DNA of 62,594 nt from Ruditapes philippinarum (taxonomy: Eukaryota). The notes beneath the pieces were generated by a model, which saw nothing but the letters and a program-made list of their open reading frames with translations, ran no database searches and was not told the origin of the DNA. Each line of letters starts with the position of its first letter. Within the stretch, counting starts at the first letter, position 1. Positions 52,501 to 62,594 of this stretch are shown here, one piece after another. The stretch spans positions 124,001 through 186,594 of the forward strand of contig NW_026863092.1 in assembly GCF_026571515.1 (NCBI RefSeq), written 5' to 3'. The position numbers were made by a program, and so were the translations under genes.

Positions 52501-55500
52501 CCCCGAGATTGTTTGTCAACATTTTTATGGACAAAATATATGACGACATTCTTATAATCAGATGTTGTCAAGACGCCCTAATACATTAAATCAAAACAAT
52601 GACATAAAACGTCATTTTGCGTTAATACATGTCTACTTTTGAAATGTCCTTTTGTCGAATAGAGAACAACGTTGATAAATTAACTCCAGTGAAACGTCGA
52701 CAATAAGAACAACAAAGCAATCTTAATACGGAAACATCTTTCACAAGTAAAGTGAATTCAATGACTATTTCAGAAAGATTTCAAAACGCAAGAGGTAGAC
52801 GGTTGGCTGACCGGGTGATTAGGTACTGTTGTTTATTGCAAGGATTTCAGTCAAACAAATAATTACAATAAGACTGATCATTTATAAAATACAATCTTTT
52901 CATTTCATAGTATTCATATAACTCTTGCTCTAAGAATATGTATATGTATATGATATCAGGTTTTTCACATTTATCCAGAATATAAACATTAACCTGTGCA
53001 TAAGTAGTATAAGAAGTATAACGGAAATTTCTAGACATTATTTTTAGTAAGATTGTCTACACAAATAGTATAATCATCAATCTCCTGTTTAAATTTTGTA
53101 TTGGTTCTTAAACATCTATCATCCTTTTATCTGTTATAAGTACATGGACACACATAAATCACAAACATTCAACTATGATAAAATTTATCATAAGGTACTA
53201 TTTCGTTAGTACAAATAAAATCAGGAAATCGAGTTCTTAATAAAAGAAACCAATGAATTTGTGTGCAAATGAATGGTGTACTCGTATATAAATGTGAGGG
53301 AGAATACTGATAAGATTTTTAAAAGAAACACAATCTATTTCAGGAGCCTTAATGACTCAAGAATCAATCAGAGACCGCAAACATATTCTAATAACGAATC
53401 AGGTAATGTTTAAGTCATTGAAAATTAATCAGTCCATAGGCATCAATCACCTGTAATGATGCGCCAGTTTCTGCTAACTGATCATAAAGGTTACAATACG
53501 CGTAAACTGTTATCGTCGATCATAACACAGAGATACACTTTTACTGACATTAAGGTTATATATATTACGCGTTAAATGTTAACATTAACCGTAACACAGT
53601 ATATAACTTACTAACGACAAATTGCACTCTCATGGATAATGATAACCTCTAGGAACAAAAATCTTTCTACGATAAGGTCCAGCAACACTATGATTTATAT
53701 GACTGCAAGAATGATAAGGCAACGATAAACACAGAGCCCACGACTACGCCGACGACCACGATCTTGACGATGACGAACAATAACGTCTACATATACGACC
53801 ACGACGATCACCACGTATTCGAAAAGAAAAACGAATTCTACTTCTTTTATGACTACGAGTACGACCATCAATACCACAATAAGTGTCATTTTATTGTCAA
53901 TAACATCCCTATTTAATGTTTATTCTGCAGGCAAAATAATTATTTCGTTATTGATATCGAACAGTAGCCTAACTTTTGTGACGGTCCGTAACATGATTAA
54001 GAGTCATTTTCGATTGATGATCAATATCCCGGTTTAATTATTGAAATAATAATGATAATAATCATGATAAAAACAATGACATAATGATTACGTTGTAATA
54101 ATTTTGCTTTAGTAGGCATTTAACTATTTAACATAGCAAAGAATTTCTTCTTTCGGAATAAGGGAAATGTACAATTACAAAAGTAAATTAGCTCCTTCAA
54201 AAGTACCAACTACCTTTGCCGGCATTAACAATAATAGCTCAAAGTGTACAAGCTCATTGTCGTAAAGCTAAATTAATGGTAAGCTGTAATCAGTTTTGAT
54301 TGAGAATTAGACATTGTCAAGCTTTAACGCATTTATTAGATACTATATTTCATTTTTTCATAATGTGGGTCTGTTGTCAGCCAAGTAGGGAAATTCATGG
54401 AATTGACAGGTAAACAATTTACTAACATAATTAACGATAGATATTGATAGAATTGTTAATAATATAAAAGCAACTACGTAATCAATAAAATTTTAACTAC
54501 ACAATCAGTATCATGAACGAACCTAATAGGCAAACATAATATACTGATGTTGAAGCATGAATATTATTTAATTTAGTTTTACGGTTGTTTTAAATGCCCA
54601 AAATATCATCAACGGATAGTTATAAGTTTGTTTGTTTGATTGGGATTTACGTCACATCGACACAGTATAGGTCATATTGCGACGTTCCAGCTTTACTGGT
54701 GGAGGAAGACCTCAGGTGCCCTTCCGTGCATTAATTTAGGCACGAACGGGCACCTGAGTAGAACCACCGACGTTCCGTAAGCTAGCTGGATAGCTTCCTC
54801 ACATGAAAGAATCCAAAGACCGTGTCGGGATTCGATAGTTATAAGTAAAACTCCATTTTTGTTGTTCATAACACAAGAAGCAGAGTAAAGCTTAATTATT
54901 TTCAAATTGTAGATTAGTGTATTGGATGACAGCTATTAAACGGAAAATTAAGTTTATTGTTATTTATTTTTGATTGTATTTGTCTTGTTGCAATGTAAAA
55001 CCCAACTAAATGTTAGAAGCTATGAGTTTATTGAAACACACTCGAACCCGTTACTGAAGCCAGGCAGTACTAACCAATGAGTGTAAAGTTTCTTGGTCAC
55101 GGAAACAACGACGCCCCCACCGGACGGGGTTTCAACCCCCCCCCCTTAGTTACTGGTCCCATGGGCCACCACTACGCCAAGCCGATAAATGGATAATGTA
55201 TCACGTAATACAAAACGTGGTTTGTGATTTACTGCCGTCAATATATGTATATGAGCAGAAGGTTTATGTCTGAGTCAAACATTCAAAATGTCTTGATCTT
55301 TTTTAATGTAGAAGCTATGAATCATTAAGCTCAGAATAAAAAGGAAGCATTAGATAAACTGTCTGTCGCAAGATATTTATGTAATATGTATTTTTTAGCT
55401 GTACATGTTGGTTTTTTCCTCTTTAAAATGCATACTGTTTACTATTATGTAACACTTTTATGTTTTCAGTTTATATGTTGCATTTAACAGTTATTGCCAC

Positions 55501-56587
55501 AGCAAGATTTGTTTTTGGTAACGTATATGAAATTATTTGATGAATAATCTATCAATAAAAAATGGATGAATAATCAAATGATCTTTATGATTTAAAGTTA
55601 GAAAGTATATATTCAGATTTATTTTTAAAAAACAAGGTTTAGCTGTAAAGAAAAAAATATTCGGATTTTTTTTTATTGTCAATGCTTAAAATGATAGCGG
55701 AGCAAATTAGCAAATTGTGCCACATCCATTAGAACTAATAAAGAATTACGTTATTCGCATGCACAGTAATTTTGTTATGCAAGCAAACGTGTATGCTGCT
55801 TCAATGATATCTGCCTTCACAAACTTTGATTTATTACGGTACATAACAGTAACCGTGTGACAGGACATCGGTGGATGGTGTTATTTTTTATGTGTGTTTT
55901 TATAATTTATTATTTATTCTTGTGTGTTTACCACAGGTTTGTTTATGGTTGGCACAGACAAAGTGAGCGGCGATGTTGCCATTTTTGAAATAGCTAAAGG
56001 AGCAACTGATATCATGATTGCAATAACACTTTGGCTTTGGCAATATGTGAATTGCCTTGATCTTAAATATTTGCCCTCGGTTCTGATAATGGCTTCAGCA
56101 ATATTGACGGGTTTTGGTATGTCGTTGTTCTATACTGTGCTCGTTTTGATAATTTTGAATACACATGTTCAATAATTTCGCCACTTGCATTTTTGTGAAG
56201 GAAACTGGCAATGTTCTGGTTTTTGTGATTTTTTTAGCTATGTCCTCTATAAGCAGTATATAATTTCAAAATAAAGCTTGAAAGTTATTATAGTTTTTAC
56301 TAATTTAAATGACGACACGTGCAGCAGTTTAACTGCTTATCAATCATAATATTTGTTAAGAACAAAAATGTGTTATTTTAATAATGCTTAGCTTATAAAT
56401 TGCATAATAACAATAAGCCGATTCAAAATAATCACATACATTATAATTAGATTTATCTATTTTAGGTACGTATTTTATATTGAGAGACATGTTAAATACA
56501 TCCTTCCTTGGATGGTATACAATAGTGGACTGGGTGATGATAGTCTGCATTAGTCGGTACATGTATTGTGTAGTTAAAGACAACTAA
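49510..56587 (+). CDS. RING-HC finger + TM protein, copy 2 (~255-260 aa; exon 4 remodelled or skipped)
   Basis: Exons 49510-49664, 50482-50679, 51147-51205, (54386 or 54389)-54409 uncertain, 55470-55517, 55937-56116, 56466-56587 (TAA). RING: CPVC...LPCIHIICEPC...FKCPLCR. FEIxKGATD, ASxIxTGFGTY and WYTxxDW are shared with copy 1. Confidence 0.82.
51925..52250. mobile_element. Interspersed repeat ending AAT(C/T)AGCCACCATA; relatives at ~19790-20057, ~38060-39098, ~50200-50391
   Basis: Shared terminal motif; GC-rich internal GACAC/GTCGT repeats; internal ~150 bp hairpin at ~51981-52139. Confidence 0.55.
52636..53402 (+). pseudogene. Internal duplicate of RING-gene exon 2 (disabled) and exon 3 (intact) inside copy 2
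   Basis: 52636-52822 matches exon 2 but lacks the acceptor, has a 1-nt deletion in the CPLC codons and CAATAC>CAATAA. 53344-53402 is a 59-nt exon-3 copy with intact AG/GT. The intervening intron is also duplicated. Confidence 0.85.
54625..54836 (-). mobile_element. tRNA-derived SINE (Meta/MESC-type body, (AAAC)n tail); decayed relatives at ~1333-1465 and ~31680-31950
   Basis: Minus strand has B-box-like TCGAATCC, body TGTGAGGAAGCTATCCAGCTAGCTTACGG and an AAAC tail; three copies in the window. Family label is from recall. Confidence 0.7.
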
Positions 56588-57931
56588 TTAACTGTGAAAA
56601 ATCTACAAAACATTTCTGTCACACGTGCTTAAAATATGTTACGAAAGATACAAAACATTATCCATACATTTAACTAGTTAAGAAGTGATTTTGAGTGTAA
56701 AGTTTAATGATATCTATAATATTGTGTTTATCTGAACTGTATTTAGATTAGCCGTAACAAATCATTCATTCCATGGAATGTTTTATATTATAACTTTAAA
56801 TGCATTCATAACATTTAATTGCTTAGTTAAACTTCATCTTCAGTAGCATTTTTTTTTGTGCAATTGTTTATGAATATTCATCATAACTTTGACATTTTCT
56901 TGCATGTTTGGAATTTTACTGTTACATATAATGGTATTTTTAGATATTTATTAAAAAGGTAATGATCCAAATTATCTCACTTTTCCGGAAGTAACGTTAA
57001 AGTTTCATCCATATTCAAAAAAAATAAAGAAAAATGAAAAGTTCGTGATTGTCTTTCTCTTTTGCATCTTGTTTTGTCGACCTTTTATATAAACAAAGCC
57101 TCTCTATTTAATATTCAAATGCATCTAAGATTTGTCTATGTTAGAATTTCCTAAATTCCGTTTATAAGCCGTGTAATGTTTTATTTCTAAATTTAGTTCA
57201 GCACGTATTGTAAATTAATACAAAGATCTTTGTTTTGCATTTTATTAATATGCCAACGTATCAAAAGATTTATATGATCTTCCTAAATTTATATTTACAG
57301 TCTACTCACAAATTTAAGGAAATAATTGCTATTTCAAGCTTAATCATGGAATTTTAACAACAAACATTTTCTTCATTAAAATAGGCATCAATAATGAGAC
57401 AATGTGCTTTTTTTGAACGACGACAGATGAAAATATCTTTCTTTTACCATCCTGCTTTTTAATTAAATATACTCAAAATTTTGAATAAAGTGTTGGTTTA
57501 TAATGAAACTATTCGCTATCATATTAATTCTTTGTTGTCATTAGTTGTTAAGTATTCGCGTTTTATGTTCTAGTTTTTATCAGATCTTATTTCCTAGTTT
57601 TTTTCAGATCTCATTGCAGAGAGTAGTTGCACAATTTGAAATTGTTAAGTTAGTCTTTGTAAAGCCCGGACGCTTGTCTGTTAATTGTACTGATAAAAGA
57701 AAAGATTTATATGAAACTTTATTTGTCTTTCATTTATATATATTTGTCTTTCATCTATCTATCTATCTATCTCTGGATACTGCCATTTATATATATTCAC
57801 CATCATTAAAAGGAAATTTCAATTTACAATTTGCTTTTAACTTTTTCACCGAAAGTGAAAAGAATTTTTCACTTGTGTAGAGCCACGCTGGCATTCACAT
57901 CCGTGCACTTCGATCGTATAAAATGTGTAAA

Positions 57932-58615
57932 CAGTCGCCTCGGCTTATAACAAAGTCAATGGCACATTTCGGTATATCTTCGTTATATCCGAAGCTCGCT
58001 TAAAGCGAAGTAGCAACAACATGTTAACTTGTTAAGTTGGGCAAATTTGCCGTGAAAAAGCCATATCTGTTAACGGTGTAATCAGCGGTAATTTTATGCA
58101 GGCCATTTAATTGAAAATATTATTTACATGTATTTAGACATGTAGGACTTGTCTATAATGTGATAATCATTTATGTTCTTTTGCTATTTGTTTCTTATTG
58201 TTTGGTCAATATTCATAAAGAGAATCGGTTATTTGGAAATCATTGGGTATTTACAGCAATTTTCAACTGAGGGTGCGAAAAACAAGTAGGAAATTATGTT
58301 ATGAGAACATTTTATCAAAATCTTTATTCCCTGAAGCCATAACTTGAATGATTATCGGATAGCGGTATTTATGTACGGATCCAGTGAATCCCGATATTTC
58401 AATTATAACATTTTGTTTAAACCAAGGAAATTTATGTTTTACGCCGTCTTGGGCTTGAAAAATATGGTTCGCTGTAATCGAAATTTTTTAGGTGTGTACG
58501 TATTAAGCGATGTGATTTAATATAACACAAAAAGGAATGGGCCGGGGATTTCAGATTTAGTTCGCTATTAACGAAAACTCGTTATAAGCGAGTTCGTTAT
58601 AAGTGGAGTAGACTG
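57932..58615. mobile_element. pogo/Tigger-like MITE
   Basis: CAGTCGCCTCGGCTTATAAC ... GTTATAAGTGGAGTAGACTG|TA, with subterminal TTCGTTATAA repeats. Confidence 0.6.
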
Positions 58616-60561
58616 TAGTATAATCTCTTTGTACTAACCAAAACTTTGCGAAAAAAGATTTTTATATCAGATTCCATTTCTGTAACAATATATATATTCT
58701 GAGATAATTATACACATATAGCTTTACACAATTTAATAACCTGGCCAAAGAAACATTGCTCTATTTTGCTTTACTTTTAAGAACCCAAAGATGGCTAGAA
58801 ACAATATTGTCAGGATAGAAATGCAACAACATTCTCCTTTGTTTTCATGTCACAATTTCTTTCGAATATGTTACCTCCCTACATTTTTCATTCCAACGTC
58901 GAATTACAATATAATCTTCGGGTGTAAGTCACAGAGTGATATTAGAAACCTCTTTTGTGAGATTTATCTCTCCATTTAAAACTTTGTTTCCAGTGTGATT
59001 TGGTATTTTCTTTTTTGTTTTATGTTTTGTTTGCCTTTGGTTTTTGTCTGAAAAACTATTTGCTTTACATCTCCTATAGATATCATGTCAAACATAGTGG
59101 TTGTGTTTAGTCTAGGTCGTTAGCTAACAAATATTGTAACACAATTGTATTCATTTTTTGCGTAATTTGTAAAGATTAATTATTGTTTGTCCTTTTCTGA
59201 CAAGTCAGTGCTAAGATATATCGATGCCAACTATATCTGATAAAGAAATCTATCTTAGAAATGTCTTACCATAGATCGAAACCACTTGACTGAGCATTTA
59301 ATCTCATCTCCCATCTTATAATGTTTTTTATATAAACGCCTGTTTTGAAAGCGGCTATTTGTGTTACTATTTTTTCTACAAACACGACGAACACACACAT
59401 ATCAACAAAGGATATTGTACTTTCTGATAAACTGCTTAACTTCAATATTTACTATGTATCAAAATATTCCTAGCAGGAAACGTAAATTTGAGGTGTGTTG
59501 TATTGTGTTATATGTCTGCACTTTATTGATTTCCTTCATCCCACAAAAATCATGTTCCCAAAAACATACAACTGTGGAATGAGTTTCCCCACGAATAAAC
59601 TGTGAAACGTTTCTTCAACAAAGCCCTGTTGACCCCACAAAATATCTGTGCGGCGTTCTTTTCACAAAGATGTGGATAATGGGGACTGTTGCATATAAAA
59701 GGCCAGTCTGCTTTCATTCGGGGTTTTTCAACTTCGAATTCCTCTCATGCACATCGTATTTTGTATTTTGATGGGACTCACTTATACATGATCTTTTAAA
59801 ATATTTAAATGAATTTTAAAAGATTCGTGTTATTAAAGTTTTGACGTAAACACTTTGTGAATTTCTTCTAACTATAAAAAATATAAATCTCCTCTTTATT
59901 GCATCTACTCGCACTAAATATTTTTGCATTATTTTACCATGGGAATTGACATTCGCGTCATTTTGTTGTGGTTTCACCGCGACTGTCCACCGTGATTAAT
60001 TACTAATTCTATTCCTACATTGATAAATTGGTTAGGAAATAATAATTATCTTACCTTAAATTTACCGACTGTAGAAATATTGTTTCCCTTATATTCAGTT
60101 TAGATTTTTTTCAAATAATAATTAAATAGTTGGAAGTCCAAACATTGAGAAGCGACCACCCAACCAAGCACTAAAGTCGGCCCTGTAACAGTCACGGTCA
60201 GCAGCTCAACTACTGAGCAGCCTATGTTAGAAAGAGATAACTAAACAGTTTACACAGACAGATAACAAACAGATTGCAAAGTCTTAGTAAAACGGATATT
60301 GACAGCTCACAAAGACCTATGTCGAAAGGGGGGCCCTACCGGTCACAAAACGCGCAGAGACGTAACAATATTTGTATTTGCCTGACAATACGCTACCTTT
60401 TATTTTTGAATAATTAATTACTAAATTAATGTCAATGTAGCATTAGAATTCAGATAACGTGAACAAATGAAATGCAAAATCTTCTGCTATAATTTTTTTA
60501 TAAAGTTTCCCAATCCGTTTTTGCTAGTTATCTAGTCATTGAAAATTTCTGTTTATCTGAC

Positions 60562-60849
60562 CTTTCTGTCTGATGATAACAGCAGCAACAACTCAAGAGC
60601 GTGTGTGTTTAACTTGTCATTACTCGGTTCCCTAATAAACCACATGTCCAAGACCTTCAGAGAATTTGCTGGGCCGCAATATCAGTCTCCTCATCGGGAA
60701 TCATTTGTTACGAGCTGATATATCCGCACGTCGTGGGAGGAAAAGACAACTTCATCAAAGGCATAAAACAAAATGTTATAAGTTCCTTTCAAAACAGCTC
60801 TTTTTAGGGTCATCATCTTGTATAAGTCCCAATTTGACCAATTATCCAT
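60562..60849 (-). pseudogene. Decayed coding exon of an unknown gene (unit 2)
   Basis: 96 codons from ATG to an AAG|GTCAG donor with two in-frame TGA: MDNWSNWDLYKMMTLKRAVLK...HDVRIYQLVTNDSR*GD*YCGPA...ELLLLLSSDRK. Homologous to 47991-48262 with conservative substitutions. Confidence 0.55.
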
Positions 60850-62594
60850 GATACTTAGGACTTATTCACCTGGACATGCTGTGAACCTTCCCTGATATGT
60901 GCATGCCTCAGTAGAGATAAGGTTAATCTGATTGTGTCTACCTGCCTTTAGAGTAACGCTACATTCATGGGATATATATTTCAAAAGCAGAGTTACTCTA
61001 AGATTTACGTCGCCTTCCTGTAATGTCTGTTTATATATCTAATATGCTATTTAAGAATCGCTATAATTTTAATACATCTTAACGTTTGATGATCAACTTG
61101 TTAAGGTTAACAATCAAATTAGATTTTGATAGGATATGTAAGGGCTGAATGGTTTGATTTTTTTTCTGTTTGTCTCTTACAATTAACGCTGACGAATATG
61201 AATTACACGGACACGGGAATCTATCCTACTGAGAGCGTGGCCTATTTTTTCAAAACTGATTATTGCATCCGTCATTCATTAATATCATTTCGTGACAGCT
61301 ATTTTTGTTTGTTTTTGAAATGTTTAGTAGAAGCTCAGTCAATTGGATAACTTTTGACTTAGAAGTTGTGGCTATATAATGAAAGGTTAATTGTGTTTAA
61401 GTAAATTTCTGAAGCGATGTATTTTGCTACTGGCACCGTACTTGCACCAAATTTCAGCTCCGGTCTTAAAATGATTGCGGTCTGACTGAAAGAATAATAA
61501 TTCGACAGAAAGAATAAAACCACCCAGTTCTGTTGTATTGACAAATGTTAAAGATAGTTCACAAAGTTCGAAATTATTAATCATGAATTACTATTTGCTT
61601 ACCAAATGCCAAAATCTGTAGAAAATACAGCAATATCTGATCGCCCGGATATCCAACGCGCTTGAAACTCCTTGTGAAACAGTTTTTTTTATATTCCCTT
61701 GACTGTTTCGTAGTGTGATTAATTTGATGTCTATATTTAAGAAATTTTACTGGAGCAAACGTATCAACGTCATACTCTTGTCGACATAAAAGGCATTTGA
61801 TAGAATTTAATACATCATATCTTAAGTATTATGTATCGAAAATCATCAGGTCTCAAACGCAGAATAGACTTAAGCTCTATTTAAATTGTTAATGTTATCA
61901 ATATTTAAAGAGAGACACAGGCACAATTTTCATTTCTTTGTTTTGTTTTTTCTTTCATTATTCTGTAAATGACCTCATAATAAATACATTAGGCAGTCAT
62001 AGGAACAAAAATTTTCTCCTTACTAACTTGACCCACGTGGGACAGGTAAGAGCGTTAAGACTTCACAATAGTTGACACAGTGAACTCTGAAAACTTTATA
62101 GAATATGTAAAATTAATGTCTTAGACTTGTTTAACTTATACAAAATCCACAATATCTGTTATTGTTATCGGTGATTCTGTCGGCGTCTAAATTTCGTTCC
62201 ATATATCTAGATATATGAATCCTTCAAACCGAAAATATATGAAATTAACATAGAAATTCGTGCTGGGACTTAAAAAATGTCATTTTAGCATAATTTAAGT
62301 ACATTAAATCATTTTAATTATTTTGTCATTTATTTGCATGAGTATCCCTTAAAATAAGTCTCCAAATTTCAAATGTACATCAAAAGGGTAGCACAAGGGT
62401 AGCACAAAAATGGATAACACCCATATTTTACATGTATCCTCTTGAGGCTATCTTTTAAAGGGTACGTCCTTCCGTTATTTAAATTTTGTAGCATGAAAAC
62501 CACGCTTCGTGTGTCAACTTATAGACTTGCCCGCCACAATTCAACATAACATGTTTACTCTCTTTCGTAAACATGAATCCACATAGAAATTATC

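Larger units (their letters stand above)
34860..62594 (+). repeat. Tandem segmental duplication, ~13.5 kb unit; two full units plus the start of a third
   Basis: Landmark ATCATCAGGTCTCAAACGCA at ~34931, ~48329, ~61842; CACATAGA(A/C)ATTATC at ~35168, ~48585, ~62580; introns and exons of the RING gene are collinear between units. Confidence 0.9.

Noticed and set aside
53695-53889. Val-rich membrane ORF
   Set aside because: Translation of a degenerate (ACG)n repeat.
60562-60849. Selenoprotein with two in-frame UGA codons
   Set aside because: The TGAs align to Tyr and Trp codons in the paralog, not Cys; no SECIS recognised; nonsense decay is simpler.

Overview
AT-rich, intron-containing animal genomic DNA. 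The repeat families suggest a bivalve mollusc, probably a venerid clam (inference). The six-frame ORF track is mostly noise, so genes were assembled by hand from GT-AG exons with phase checks. Genes: (1) a PhyH-family Fe(II)/2-oxoglutarate dioxygenase (proline-4-hydroxylase/ectoine-dioxygenase-like; + strand, 8 exons found, 16653-27915); (2) a complete 10-exon Ldh_2-family (YjmC/AllD/DpkA-like) oxidoreductase (- strand, 28218-34251), tail-to-tail with gene 1, stop codons ~300 bp apart; (3) a ~13.5 kb tandem duplication with two copies of a RING-HC + ~4-TM membrane protein gene (37639-46208, 49510-56587), each followed by a decayed antisense coding exon, with a third unit starting at the window end. 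Non-coding DNA is rich in elements: a 2 kb CAC-ended element with ~600 bp TIRs and 5-bp TSD (Transib/RAG-like), a Penelope-type inverted repeat with two minimal hammerhead ribozymes, mariner/Tc1 relics, foldback MITEs, SINEs, a minisatellite, and four hairpin elements sharing a tandem-GA/GTA-triloop apex. All family assignments come from motif recognition, not database searches.
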